Origin: Octopus sinensis
Taxonomy: Eukaryota
Direction of reading: 5' to 3'
Assembly: GCF_006345805.1 (NCBI RefSeq)
Contig: NC_042997.1
Location: 96,348,001-96,412,000 of the forward strand
Length of the DNA: 64,000 bases
Under the pieces are notes generated by a model that ran no database searches, was not told where the DNA came from, and saw only the letters and a list, made by a program, of their open reading frames with translations. Of this stretch, positions 50,380-62,378 are shown piece after piece; positions within the stretch are counted from its first letter, which is position 1, and every line of letters starts with the position of its first letter. The position numbers were made by a program, and so were the translations under genes.

Positions 50380-51821
50380 CACATACATACATGCATGCCT
50401 GCATCCATCCATCCATCCATCCATCCATACATACATACATACATACATACATACATACATACATACATGCATACATACACACACATACATATATACATAA
50501 ACACACACACACACACACACATACATACATACATACATACATACATACATACATACATACATACATAAACACACACACACACACACATACATACATACAT
50601 ACATACATTATTATTATAGCTGCCCCCTCGTTATCGAGTATGGCCATTGCACGAAGCAATGTTACTGGTGCTGTGATCGAATGTGACTTTTTAGCCCAGC
50701 TAAAGATCTACAATGTCTTGTACAAAATTGGCAACTAAAACCTTTAATGGTAATACATACATACATACATACAAAGGTACGTACACACATAACATACTAT
50801 TTACTTGCTAATAGGTACAGCAAAAATGTACTCCTTTCAGCGAGAGAGGTAAATATCATTTGATGACATTTACCGAATTTATAAGCGAACGACTTCAAGT
50901 ATCCTGTTCGAATATTGCAGTTAATACACGACCTTTTCATTCAGGCTCAAATAACATGGCCACTCATGAAGAAATATGTGAAAAACGAGAAAAATTATAG
51001 AAAAATAAATTAAGAAAAATATTAAGAAACCTCCTATTGAAAAGATTGTTGATTCCCGTCAAGGAATTGATGCCTTTATCCGGTAAGTGAGGAATCTTGT
51101 TAACGCTGCGTGTTCATTTTAACTAGGCGTTGTCATTTCGTGCATTAAGCCTTCTGGTGATAGTCGACTAGAGAGGTTACAATACGTTAAATGGTATGTC
51201 TAATGTGGTTAGTGGAGGGCGCGTTTTGCAATTGGATGACAGAAATTTCTCGAGGTGTGTACATCTTGTCCAGATTTTAGATCTCAAGTTTAGGAGGCTG
51301 GTGCAGTCCTTGGATCTAATACAGGTATGTGTTCTTTCGATAATACAGAGTTTGCACTTTCTTACCCTTTAATATACGGCCTAGATCTCACTAAAATCGT
51401 CCACTTATGCGGTGTTACAACTAAATGTGGCTGCTTGCCACACAAAGGAGGACACGAGTGTAGCAGGTGTATTTCTTGACGTTTCCCTATTTGGCAGCGC
51501 AGAGATAACCTCGACTTCCTAGAAGACTGAATCAGCCATGCAAACTCGTGCATGTATCTAGGCTCCGGTTGCTGTCTGCAGTGAACACCTCCGCTGGGCT
51601 ACGTGAATTAAAGTTTTTCATATTAAGGACGAAGTTCAAGTAACATCTAAATATCATATCTGTTCTGAAGAGTATATTCCTTAAAATATCATTACCTAAC
51701 AAATTCTAACTTCTTAGTGGCTTTCTCTAGATCTAGTTTTAAGTACTTATAGGCCCTACCCTAATTCAAATGAAAACCTTAGTATATACACAAAGAGTCT
51801 GTAGATGCAATGTTCTCTTTT

Positions 51822-53088
51822 AAAAACTTATAGCGAACTTTTGTAATGGAAAATCTAATTTTTCTTCTCTACAGACATTTTCCAATAACGTAGCCCATTT
51901 TTATACTAGCGCCTTGGGTCACAGTTTTTTAAACCGGAAATATCATACTTTGCGACCTTAACAAGAACCAAGCCTAAAAACAGATCTTCGAAAATTATAT
52001 GTCTCCCTCTCCTTTCTCCTTCAATTCTAGGATTAAGGCAATGAAAAAATTACTAACCGTAATAGATAAACATTTTCCTGATAGACATATGAGGAAATCG
52101 TAATGAACTGATATATATATATATATATATACAGACAGACATATATATGTAATATATATGTGTGTATATACACACACACATATATACATACATAGATGCA
52201 TACATACATACTTACATATATGTATATATACATACATATGTGTATGTGTGTGCATGTGCTTGCATAAGTAGGGGTAGGTCGAGGAGACAATCCCTCATAC
52301 AGATGATCACCTCTGTAATCAATTGTCATACTATTAACTATTTTAAACCCGTAATAGAATTTAGTCTACAAACATTCGTCTTCAATATAAAATTTAATGC
52401 ATTATATTGGAAGAAAGGAGTAATTATTTAGTGCGGTGGCGGGGTGAAGGATGAATCATACAAAAACTTATAGCGAACATTAGTAATGGAACACCTAACT
52501 TTTCTTGTCTCCAGAAATTTCCAATAGCGTAGCAAATTTTTATATTAGCGCCGTTTTAAAACAGAAAATATCATACTTTGCGACCTTAACATGAACTCAG
52601 CCAAAAAATTGGTCTTGGGAAATATTATAGCTCGCTATCCTTTCTCCTTCAATTCTTACGATTAAAAAAATTACTAACCCTAATAGATAAACGTTTCCCT
52701 GATAGGCATATGAGGAAATCGTAATGAACTGATATACGTACATACATATATTTACCACATACATATATATATATGTATATATGTATGTTATATATATATG
52801 TGTATATACACACACACATACATATATATACATAGATGCATACATACGTACATATATGTATATATACATGTGTATGTATGTGCATGTGCTTGTGTAAGTG
52901 GGAGTAGTGTGAGGAGACAATCCCTCATGCATATGATCACCTTTGTAATCAATTATCATGCTATTAACTATTTTAAACCCCTAATAGAATTTACTCTACA
53001 AATCTTCGTCTTCAATGTAAATTTGAATGCATTATATTGGAAGAAAGGAGTAATTGTTTAGTGCGGTGGCGGGGATGAATCATACAAA
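51822..53088 (+). repeat. Diverged ~640-bp tandem duplication containing a PLE thumb relic
   Basis: Units start aaaaacttatagcgaac at 51822 and 52462; translation gives FYTSALGHS and PPFSFNSRIKAMKKLLTVIDKHFP. Confidence 0.8.
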
Positions 53089-53652
53089 GTTCATATTCAT
53101 ATACATGAAGCTATTGGGCTGTATTATCAACCATATCACGTTACCCTAAATTGAATATTAAGATATGGCCGTTAAGCATTTCTGAGAAGAATGTGATGTA
53201 ATTCCTTTCCAAGTAGTGCTTTAGCATTTAATTTCATCACGGGTGGAAAAGAGAATTATTAGCTGATATAATTAAAGAAAAATAGCCTTATCTAATTTTA
53301 ATTATTCATCTAATTGAATTTTAACTGGTGACATAATTGAAAAGAAAGGATCACAATGACTACGATCGGTTTTACGAACCAGTTTCAGTAGTGGTTTTAT
53401 TTATTTTTTTTAATTCTTAAATTGAAATGTAGCCAGTTTACAACTTTATTGAAATATCTCGATACATTTCACTCTCAAACAAATAATATTTCCGCTAGAT
53501 AGAGTTTCCACATGGCTAACTATATTATCATGAAAAAGAAGTTGTCTCATTGTTTGCGTATTTAACTCATTTGTTTTCGCATTTCATGTTGTTTACTGTT
53601 GGTGACGTCCTGTACCCATATATGCATATATATATATAATATATATATATAT

Positions 53653-53719
<67 letters not shown>

Positions 53720-53759
53720 GTGCATGTGTTTGTGCTTGTGTGTGAGTACCCAGTCGCTT

Positions 53760-53968
53760 GCGGTCATTCAAGATGTGACCACGTGTGCACCGTTGGCGAT
53801 TTTTTTTCTCCGTCTTCCCTTCCTTGGATCTTTCCTTTTCCTATGTTTCTGACGAAGAGCTCCGTTCGAAACGGTAAATCTTCCTTTCTTTCCTTTCCTG
53901 AGCGTCCAATAACACTATACTTGTTCCACGTCCTCGCGTTGTTGTGTTTTCATGTTTGGATTAACTAT
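53760..53968 (+). mobile_element. Small element with a minimal hammerhead-like motif (53845-53880)
   Basis: GTTT CTGACGA A GAGC TCC GTTC GAAA CGGTAAATC; 3' end tttggattaact abuts (TA)n; homologous to 25335-25600. Confidence 0.6.
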
Positions 53969-53993
53969 AAATATATATATATACATATGGGTG

Positions 53994-54625
53994 TAGGAGT
54001 GGCTGTGTGGTAAGTAGCTTGCTTACCAACGACATGGCTCCGGGTTCAGTCTCACTGCGTGGCACGTGTCTTCTACTATAGCTTCGAGCCGACCAAACCT
54101 TGTCAGTGGATTTGGTAGACGGAAACTGAAAGAAGCCCGTCGTATATATGTATGTATATATACATACCTGTGTGTGTTTGTGTGTCTGTGCCCTCCCACA
54201 TCACTTGACAACCGATGCTACTGTGTTTACGCCCCCGTAACTTAGCGGTTCGGCAAACGAGTCCGATAGAATAAGTACTAGGCTTACAAAAAATAAGTCC
54301 TGGGATCAATTTGCTCGACTAAACGCGGTGCTCCAGCATAGCCACAGTCAAATGACTGAAACAAGTAAAAGAGTAAAAGATATATACTCTTTTACTCTTT
54401 TACTTGTTTCAGTCATTTGACTGCGGCCATGCTGGAGCACCGCCTTTAGTCGAGCAAATCGACCCCGGGACTTATTCTTTGTAAGCCCAGTACTTATTCT
54501 ATCGGTCTCTTTTGCCGAACCGCTAAGTGACGGGGACGTAAACACACACAAGCATCGGTTGTCAAGCAATGCTAGGGGGACAAACACAGACACACAACGC
54601 ACACACACACACACACACACACACC

Positions 54626-54677
<52 letters not shown>

Positions 54678-55317
54678 GGCGTAGGAGTGGCTGTGTGGTA
54701 AGTAGCTTGCTTACTAACGACATGGTTCCGGGTTCAGTCTCACTGCGTGGCACCTTGGGCGCGTGTCTTCTACTATAGCTTCGGGCCGACCAAACCTTGT
54801 CAGTGGATTTGGTAGACGGAAAGTGAAAGAAGCCCGTCGTATATATGTTTGTATATATACATACCTGTGTGTGTTTGTGTGTCTGCGCCCTCCCACATCA
54901 TTTGACAACCGATGCTAGTGTGAAAACGACCCCGTAACTTAGCGGTTCGGCAAACGAGACCGATAGAATAAGTACTAGGCTTACAAAACATAAGTCCTGG
55001 GATCAATTTGCTCGACTAAAGGCTGTGCTCCAGCATAGCCACAGTCAAATGACTGAAACAAGTAAAAGAGTAAAAGATATATACTCTTTACTCTTTTACT
55101 TGTTTCAGTCATTTGACTGCGGCCATGCTGGAGCACCGCCTTTAGTCGAGCAAATCGACCCCGGACTTATTCTTTGTAAGCCCAGTACTTATTCTATCGG
55201 TCTCTTTGCCGAACCGCTAAGTGACGGGGGACGTAAACACACACCAAGCATCGGTTGTCAAGCAATGCTAGGGGGACAAACACAGACACACAAACGCAAA
55301 CACACCACACACACACA

Positions 55318-55372
<55 letters not shown>

Positions 55373-55535
55373 TACGACAGGCTTCTTTAAGTTTCCGTCT
55401 ACCAAATCCACTCACAAGGCATGGTCGGCCCGGGCTATAGCAGAAGACACTTGCCCAAGATGCCACGCAGTGGGACTGAACCCGGAACCATGTGGTTGGT
55501 TAGCAAGCTACTTACCACACAGCCACTCCTGCGCC
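53994..55535. mobile_element. Tail-to-tail SINE family B pair, tandemly duplicated with a 688-bp period
   Basis: + copies start at 53994 and 54682; - copies 54385-54600 (3' half) and 55082-55535 (complete); shared private variants. Confidence 0.92.
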
Positions 55536-55550
55536 TATAAGTGTCCATAT

Positions 55551-55636
<86 letters not shown>

Positions 55637-55639
<3 letters not shown>

Positions 55640-56221
55640 ATTAATCTATATAGGGTGCCAAAAAAAATTTTGCAGAATTTTTTTGCCACCAGCGGCCTAG
55701 TGGGAAAAAATTAAATAGTCATAGACCATTTTTAAGTTCAACATCAACAATTAAGGAACGGCCATATAGGCCATTCACCCACTAGAAATAACAGCCAAAG
55801 CTTCAAATTTTTTTGGCACCCTATATTGATTAATTATGAATTTTCTGGTTAATTCCGTAATGGAATCGACGGCTTATATTTATTTGCTGCCGATAAATTG
55901 GCGCGAGTGCGATGATTTGAAAATTTAGGTCAGATATTACCTTGGCAGGGTCGGAAATGCCTCGTGAAAATATCTGTTCCAACTTGTGGCTATTTCTTAC
56001 TGAAGAATCTGAGGGCCTATGGAAGATGGCCTGATTTAATTTAATCAGGTTAGTTTACCATTAAACAGCAGATGATGAAACGGTGCATCGTATAAGAAAT
56101 TACAGGGTAAATGTTTTTTAAATTTTCTCCTGTTTACGGAATTGATTTTTATTTGCGGTGAAGCTTTGGCTGTTATTTCTAGTGGGTGAATGGCCTATTA
56201 TGCCGTTCCTTAATTGTTGAT
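55637..56221 (+). mobile_element. ~585-bp non-coding hammerhead element with interleaved inversions, between (TA)n tracts
   Basis: Inverted pairs 55637-55667/55807-55836 and 55742-55804/56159-56221; carries the hammerhead at 55992. Confidence 0.72.
55992..56100 (+). ncRNA. Type I hammerhead with a branched stem II
   Basis: Stem I ATTTCTTA/TAAGAAAT (8 bp), CTGAAGA 56000-06, stem II ATC/GAT enclosing GGCC/GGCC and CCTGATT/AATCAGG hairpins, GAAA 56077-80, stem III ACGGTGCATCGT, GUA. Confidence 0.83.
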
Positions 56222-56239
56222 ATATATATATATATATAT

Positions 56240-56311
<72 letters not shown>

Positions 56312-56324
56312 CAGACAGACAGAC

Positions 56325-56403
<79 letters not shown>

Positions 56404-56424
56404 CAGATAGATAGATAGATAGAA
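56240..56424. repeat. (GATA)n/(GACA)n microsatellite
   Basis: Seen directly. Confidence 0.95.
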
Positions 56425-56999
56425 ATGTAATTATATAGAGCATAAAGAATACAAAATACTGAGAAGAACGCACATGATTTCTAAAATCGAGTAAGAATTA
56501 CGTACTAATCATCATTTTCATAATTGTCTGATGGAATATGCAAAATCCGTGGATATGCAGCCAGTAAACAGTCACAAGAAGATAAGTCCGGCTTGCTTGC
56601 CACATACCGATTGGTCAAAATATAGTTTGTAACTTTCAGCTTGGTGGAGCCCATCGCAAGGTATTTAAAGGACAAATTTAATTACTTCACAACAGTTGTC
56701 AATTGTGGAAGACGGCAATCAATACTACTACATAAATCTGATGATTGAGTAACATATTACAGTACTAGTTTTATCTACAATAAATATATAATATTCTATT
56801 TCTATAATATTGTAAAATTGTAAAAATTGTAAATAATAAAACTTGAAAATCATACTATAGGGAGATGGCAGAGAAAATTAGGAAACAGCATCTGATCTAG
56901 CCTTGTCGTCAGAATCAGGATACGGGGTCAGATGCTCAAACACCACCTCTCACACACTAACAACACAACGGAAGCATGTTGCTTAAACCAGAGCCCTAT

Positions 57000-57330
57000 C
57001 CAGACAACCCAACCACCGGATAGTGCCCGGTTAAGTTTTAAATCCGACGTGTTGTACTTGATGACGTGCTCCAGCGTGGTGATATACATAGAATCGACAC
57101 CTTCACCTTAGGGTAAAGGAACATCTGCATGAGGGCACAGTGCCCAGCGCCGTGTTCCAACACTGTACTGGATTTCTCCATCCGCATACTAAGAGGGGGA
57201 GGGATGAAGTTAACCTCAGGATTATGCAGGCAGCCTGAAACATCATAATGAGTTGGATGCACGGACGTATGTCTACTAGTTCTACTATGATCTTTATGAA
57301 AACGCGAAAACCTAACCACCATCAAGAAAC
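57000..57330 (+). pseudogene. Highly decayed GIY-YIG endonuclease relic (PLE-like)
   Basis: Frameshifted KSDVLYLMTCS.CG.I..., EHLHEGTVPSAVFQH. Confidence 0.4.
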
Positions 57331-58929
57331 CAAAAATAAGATTAAAAAGTCACATTAAAAAACATCATGAATTCGCAAGTGCTACGTAAGCTATAATACC
57401 CATCAACAAGGCTCATTCCAGACCACACATCATACGCGGGGTAAACTATCTATCATTCTATCAACCTATTGAATCTATCGGTCTATCAACCCATTTCTCT
57501 ATTGATCGATCAATTAATATATCTGTCTGTCTTACTAACTTTTAACCCATCTATATGTCTGTCTATTCATTTATCTACCTATCTCCTTTTAATTGTCAAA
57601 CCATAAACTTTATAACTAGAAGCATTTAAAGCTTCTATATCCGTGAACGTTTTTTCTTTGAGAAAAATATTATATAACCATCAAATCATTAAAAAAATTA
57701 AAGCTCCTTGCTCTCTACTCTTGCATTTTATATTGCTTTACCTTTTTTTACATTCTTTCATCTTCCATTTTTTTTTGTATTTTATCTCGTTTTAGTTTTA
57801 CTCTATTTTCTTTTTCTTTTATTTTCTCTCATCTTTCTATCTACATATCTAACGGTGATACCCTGTTATCTTACTAAAATCTAGACCTTATGCCTAAGTT
57901 AGACCAACATACTATACTGAGTATCTGCATTTTTTTCAAAGTTTCTTTATTCTTTTATTTAAACAAAAGCTGACAACATCAAACAGATGCATCATTAATG
58001 GTATTGACCACGCTATCAACTATTCAAATACATTTATTTTCAGAATTCTCAAAGATTCGGGTAGGAGTGCATGCAACAGAACTAAATCTGTTACACGTTT
58101 CACTGGCAGATTCGTAAAAATGCCTCTCTGCAAAAGATAATATATTAATATATTATTAAATGTATAATGCGGATTTTCTTGTCTGTTCAAAGAACATCTT
58201 TATTCCAGTTATCTTACATTTTTAGATTTGACACGCCACTTCGCAATTATGTATGAACTTCCGTGTTTAATTCTTTTGTAATTGCAGCTTAGTCAAACGT
58301 CTCCTACAATACTCAATATTGTCCATATAACCATTAGCACTTGAGTGAATTTTGGCAGTTGTAAACTGCATAATCCCCCATATGTGTGTCTGTGTTTGTG
58401 TGCGGGCGCGCGTGCAAGTGTATGGTTGTGGGAGTGTATGTGCATTCATATGCATAAAAAGATCTAAACATCACTAAAGACCAATGTTGTTTGTGCTGCG
58501 TTACATTCTGCTATATGATATAGAGGTTCAGAAAATAGTTGCAATTAAATTAATATTGGAGTCAGTAACATCGAATAAATTATTGACTGCAGTGCTGCGG
58601 GACGTCTACACTCAATTCAATGACAGAAACTAGAAACTGATGTGAATCTTAATGATAATGAATGCAATGGCACTTTATTTCCATCTCCACGCTGTTCCAG
58701 TGACCAGTTGCACAAGTTGAAATGAATCAATTAACTGAATTATAATGGATAACTAATCAAATCACAGTCTACCATTTACGTCATACATTGAAATTATTTT
58801 TCTAGGAATCGCACGTATTTATTGTAAGCGCTCGGCTTGACTCTATTAAGGTCTGGGAGAAATAGCAAAAATTCTTAATCAAATCAGAACACCCACACAC
58901 ATATATGTATAATGTATGTGTGTATGTAA

Positions 58930-58978
<49 letters not shown>

Positions 58979-58979
<1 letters not shown>

Positions 58980-59310
58980 TGTTGTGTCTGGGGAGAGTCA
59001 TTTTCTTTTTGTGCCTTATAATGTAACACGCTCACCGGTAAAATTTCCACTTATTTTTTATTTTTATTTTCCTAAAATTTTCGTTGCATCTTGCAGCCTT
59101 TTCAATAGTCGAGAGTCAAGACTATTGAAAAGGCTGCAAGACGCAACGAAATTTTAGGAAAATAAAAATAAAAAATAAGTGGAAATTTTACCGGTGAGCG
59201 TGTTACATTATAAGGCACAAAAAGAAAATGACTCTCCCCAGACACCACAGAATATGCTTCAACACATGAACTCAAATAAAGAATCTTGCAAACCAAATCC
59301 CAAAACGAAA
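58979..59310. repeat. Fold-back palindrome of a repeat terminus (~131-bp arms, 9-nt loop)
   Basis: 58979-59110 is the reverse complement of 59120-59250 with about 3 differences; (TA)n on both sides. Confidence 0.93.
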
Positions 59311-59320
59311 TATATATATA

Positions 59321-59365
<45 letters not shown>

Positions 59366-59366
<1 letters not shown>

Positions 59367-59421
59367 CATTGTGACCAGCGATGCGTAGCAACATCTGATA
59401 GCCTGGTCGGTCACAGTGAGA

Positions 59422-59422
<1 letters not shown>
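59366..59422 (+). mobile_element. 3' tip of SINE family C
   Basis: cgcattgtgaccagcgatg..caacatctgatagcctggtcggtcac. Confidence 0.8.
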
Positions 59423-59457
<35 letters not shown>

Positions 59458-60329
59458 CATACAAAAATGGGACACGAACGCAAAACATCCAGACAATTAG
59501 GTAATACAAAAAAGGGACAACAGCCAATATAGGTGTGCGTTTGTGCATGCGCGTGTGTCTATTTTGATTACGCGTAGATATCATGTTTCCACTTATCATG
59601 TGTTAGAACTCAATACATTTATGGTTTAGTGGAGATTAAAAAGCGTAATATCAATTACTGAATCACAAAAGAAATAGAGTTAAATTATCACATTCTAAAA
59701 CTGACCATAGTTTCTGCTATATGAAGTAGCGCAAAGTCGAGTTCTTGTCCGACATCCTATAGCTTCCTCGAAGTTATTAAACTGATTTGTATGTTTATTT
59801 TAAAAAAAAAATAAAAACAGTTCCTTCGTCCGGGGCAGGCAGCAGGCATTTCGAAGTGTCTTGCAAAATGTTCGTGATTTTCTTTCATGTGGAGTAAAGT
59901 TTAGTGTAATGCTTTACTCATATCTCCATCTGCTTGCGCACATCTTTTATGCTTTTCGGTGATGCTATCTTGCTCATAGCTGGATCGATGGTTTTCTTAA
60001 TTTCGTCATACAATCCAGGGATAGCACCTGTTCCGAATGTCAAGAGATTACTTTTGTAAGGTTCTACTCAGTAGTCATTGGCACAGCATCCGATATATTT
60101 TCAGGAACTTGTATCCTACTGTTCTTCATGCATGCAAAATTACCATGGTGGTAGGCATTTATACTCGAATAGTGCTATACATCAATGACAATGGTTGCAC
60201 AGTACTGAACCCACTGCTCAGATGAATCAGCTATAATGTCAGTGGATCAACAGAAGTTGAGAAGACTAACAAACAACTGTGCCTCAAGTTTACTTTCTAG
60301 AAGAATGTTCTAGCAAGGACTGCGATCTT

Positions 60330-60510
60330 TCATTCCCAATGGTTCACATGATAAAACTACAACTGGTGCTACTACTTCGGGTTAAAGTAGACCTGGGAAC
60401 AATAATCTCTAAGAAGTGGTACCTCACTTCTCAAAATCCTGAAACTCCCGTACCTGGGCCCCACTAGTAGATGCCCTTTAATGTCATACACGAGACACTG
60501 CCTATACACA
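60330..60510 (+). mobile_element. Degenerate SINE-like 3' fragment
   Basis: gtagacctgggaacaat...agatgccctttaatgtcatac; weak resemblance to a recalled family. Confidence 0.35.
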
Positions 60511-60544
60511 TATATATACATACATACATATATACATACATAAA

Positions 60545-61535
60545 TACATACAGAAATAGTGATATCAACAGGCTCTACCTAAGAAGAAATAAAGGACGTA
60601 GAGGCATGAGATCAGTGCAGACAGCCTTCGGATCTTGTATAGTCTCTCTTGCAAGGACACTTACTAAACAGCAGCAAGTTTCAATACAGAAAAGAGAGCA
60701 ATATCATGCGGGTCAGTAGCGAGCTTCGCTGTAAACATTCTCATCTTAAATGACTTCCCATACAAAGCTAAAGCAGCCGGACTAACATACCCGAAAGACC
60801 TGGATGTGAAACGCTCAGCATATCAGTAAAAGACCACGCTTTATATGCTTCCTGAAAACTTGAAGACAGTAATATTGACATAAAGCAAAGGCTATCTTGG
60901 ACTCGTGACCGCTACACCACACTTCAAAGGCTATACATTAGCAATCCAAGAACGTGAGATTGATGCTACATGTTTAATAAACAAAAGATACAGTGAATCC
61001 TTTGGAGCTCCAAGATGCAACCGAAAATGTAGATTATGTCACATTTCCCTGTAAGACATCATATATGTGATGCCGTCCGGAAAAAAGAAATGCTGTCCTC
61101 GAACAAATAGAGAGAATTCTCCTGTTGATGAACACATTCACAAATATCAACACAATGAATCCTGCTGGAATATTCCCATCAAAACATGTAAGGTGTAAAC
61201 ATAAGTGGCCGGATATTGTTTGGAGCAGACAAGAAAAAGTTCGAAACAGCATAAAGGTGAGCTGTCCAGGCGATGTGAATATCTCTTCGAAATTCAAAGA
61301 ACAAAGAGGATAATTATGGACAATTGCTTCGAAGCTCCGGCTTTAATATCCAGATTGCAAATTCATATTTACACCAATGGTAATTGATGCACTTGGTTTT
61401 GTGAGTAATTGCCTTAGTGTCAACCTGGACAAGCTAGGATTTTTGTAGAAAAAGATATCAATCAACTAATTTTCACATTGCAAATTGAATTTGTAAATGT
61501 AACAGTAAAAATATGCTAGATTTTCATCAAGTTTA
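60545..61535 (+). pseudogene. R4/Dong-type (restriction-like endonuclease) non-LTR retrotransposon 3' fragment
   Basis: SDINRLYL.RNKG.RG, GYTLAIQEREI, KCRLC, WNIPIKT, KHKWPDIVW, VSCPGDVNI, DNYGQLLR, ALGFV. Confidence 0.78.
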
Positions 61536-61759
61536 AATTTATCATTGTTTGTGTTACTTACATTCTATGGAAAGAGCTTTTTCTTCTTTTAAAAACCAGC
61601 TGCTTTCTCAGACGAAGAATTAAGATAATTAACAACAGAAGAGAACATTCATACACACATACATGCATAAATACATACATACATACATACATACATACAC
61701 ATATACATGCATACATACATACATACATACATACATACATACATACATACATACATACC

Positions 61760-62150
61760 TCCTGGACACGAATGTGGTTAGAATAATACAAGAGAAAAAG
61801 GACATCTATAGACAATTGATAAGGAGATTGCTAAGGTTTGGTGTCAAAGTTTGCCCTCTCTTAGATGGTTGCCTATCTATCCAAAGCACTAGTTTAAGGT
61901 ACTTGCTTTCTCCATTTCTTCAGTCAGTTCAAACAGTTTCACCGAATTAGAGGCCAACTCACACGAAACAGTCATCCCCATGCCTATTATTATTGGAGCA
62001 ACAGGATACTTACCGACTCGTCTGGAGTAAAGAATGACTGAACTTGGGGTTTGGGGGATAGAATGCCAGTCCTCAATTCATAAGCTACAAATGATCACGA
62101 TATCCAGGATTATAAAAATCTGCATGACTTTCTTCAGATGCTTAAATCAT
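61760..62150 (+). pseudogene. Second R4/Dong-type C-terminal fragment (different family)
   Basis: LLDTNVV..IQEKKDIYRQLI, PIIIGATGYLP, HKLQ..TI..IIKIC. Confidence 0.6.
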
Positions 62151-62229
62151 TATACGTTGCTTCACAACCTTGCTACCAAGTCTGTGGCTGGTCAAACTTT
62201 ACTCTAAATTAAAAAGTCAATGACAAGAT

Positions 62230-62378
62230 ATACATACATACATACATAAATACATACATACATACACATACAGACACGTATGCATACATATATACATACA
62301 TGCATACATACATACATACATACATACATACATACATACATACATACATACATACATACATACATACATACATGCACA
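62230..62378. repeat. (TACA)n microsatellite
   Basis: Seen directly. Confidence 0.95.

Noticed and set aside
51274-51324. 51-nt AG/GT-bounded candidate exon (ILDLKFRRLVQSLDLIQ)
   Set aside because: Weak polypyrimidine tract, no recognisable homology and no neighbouring exons.
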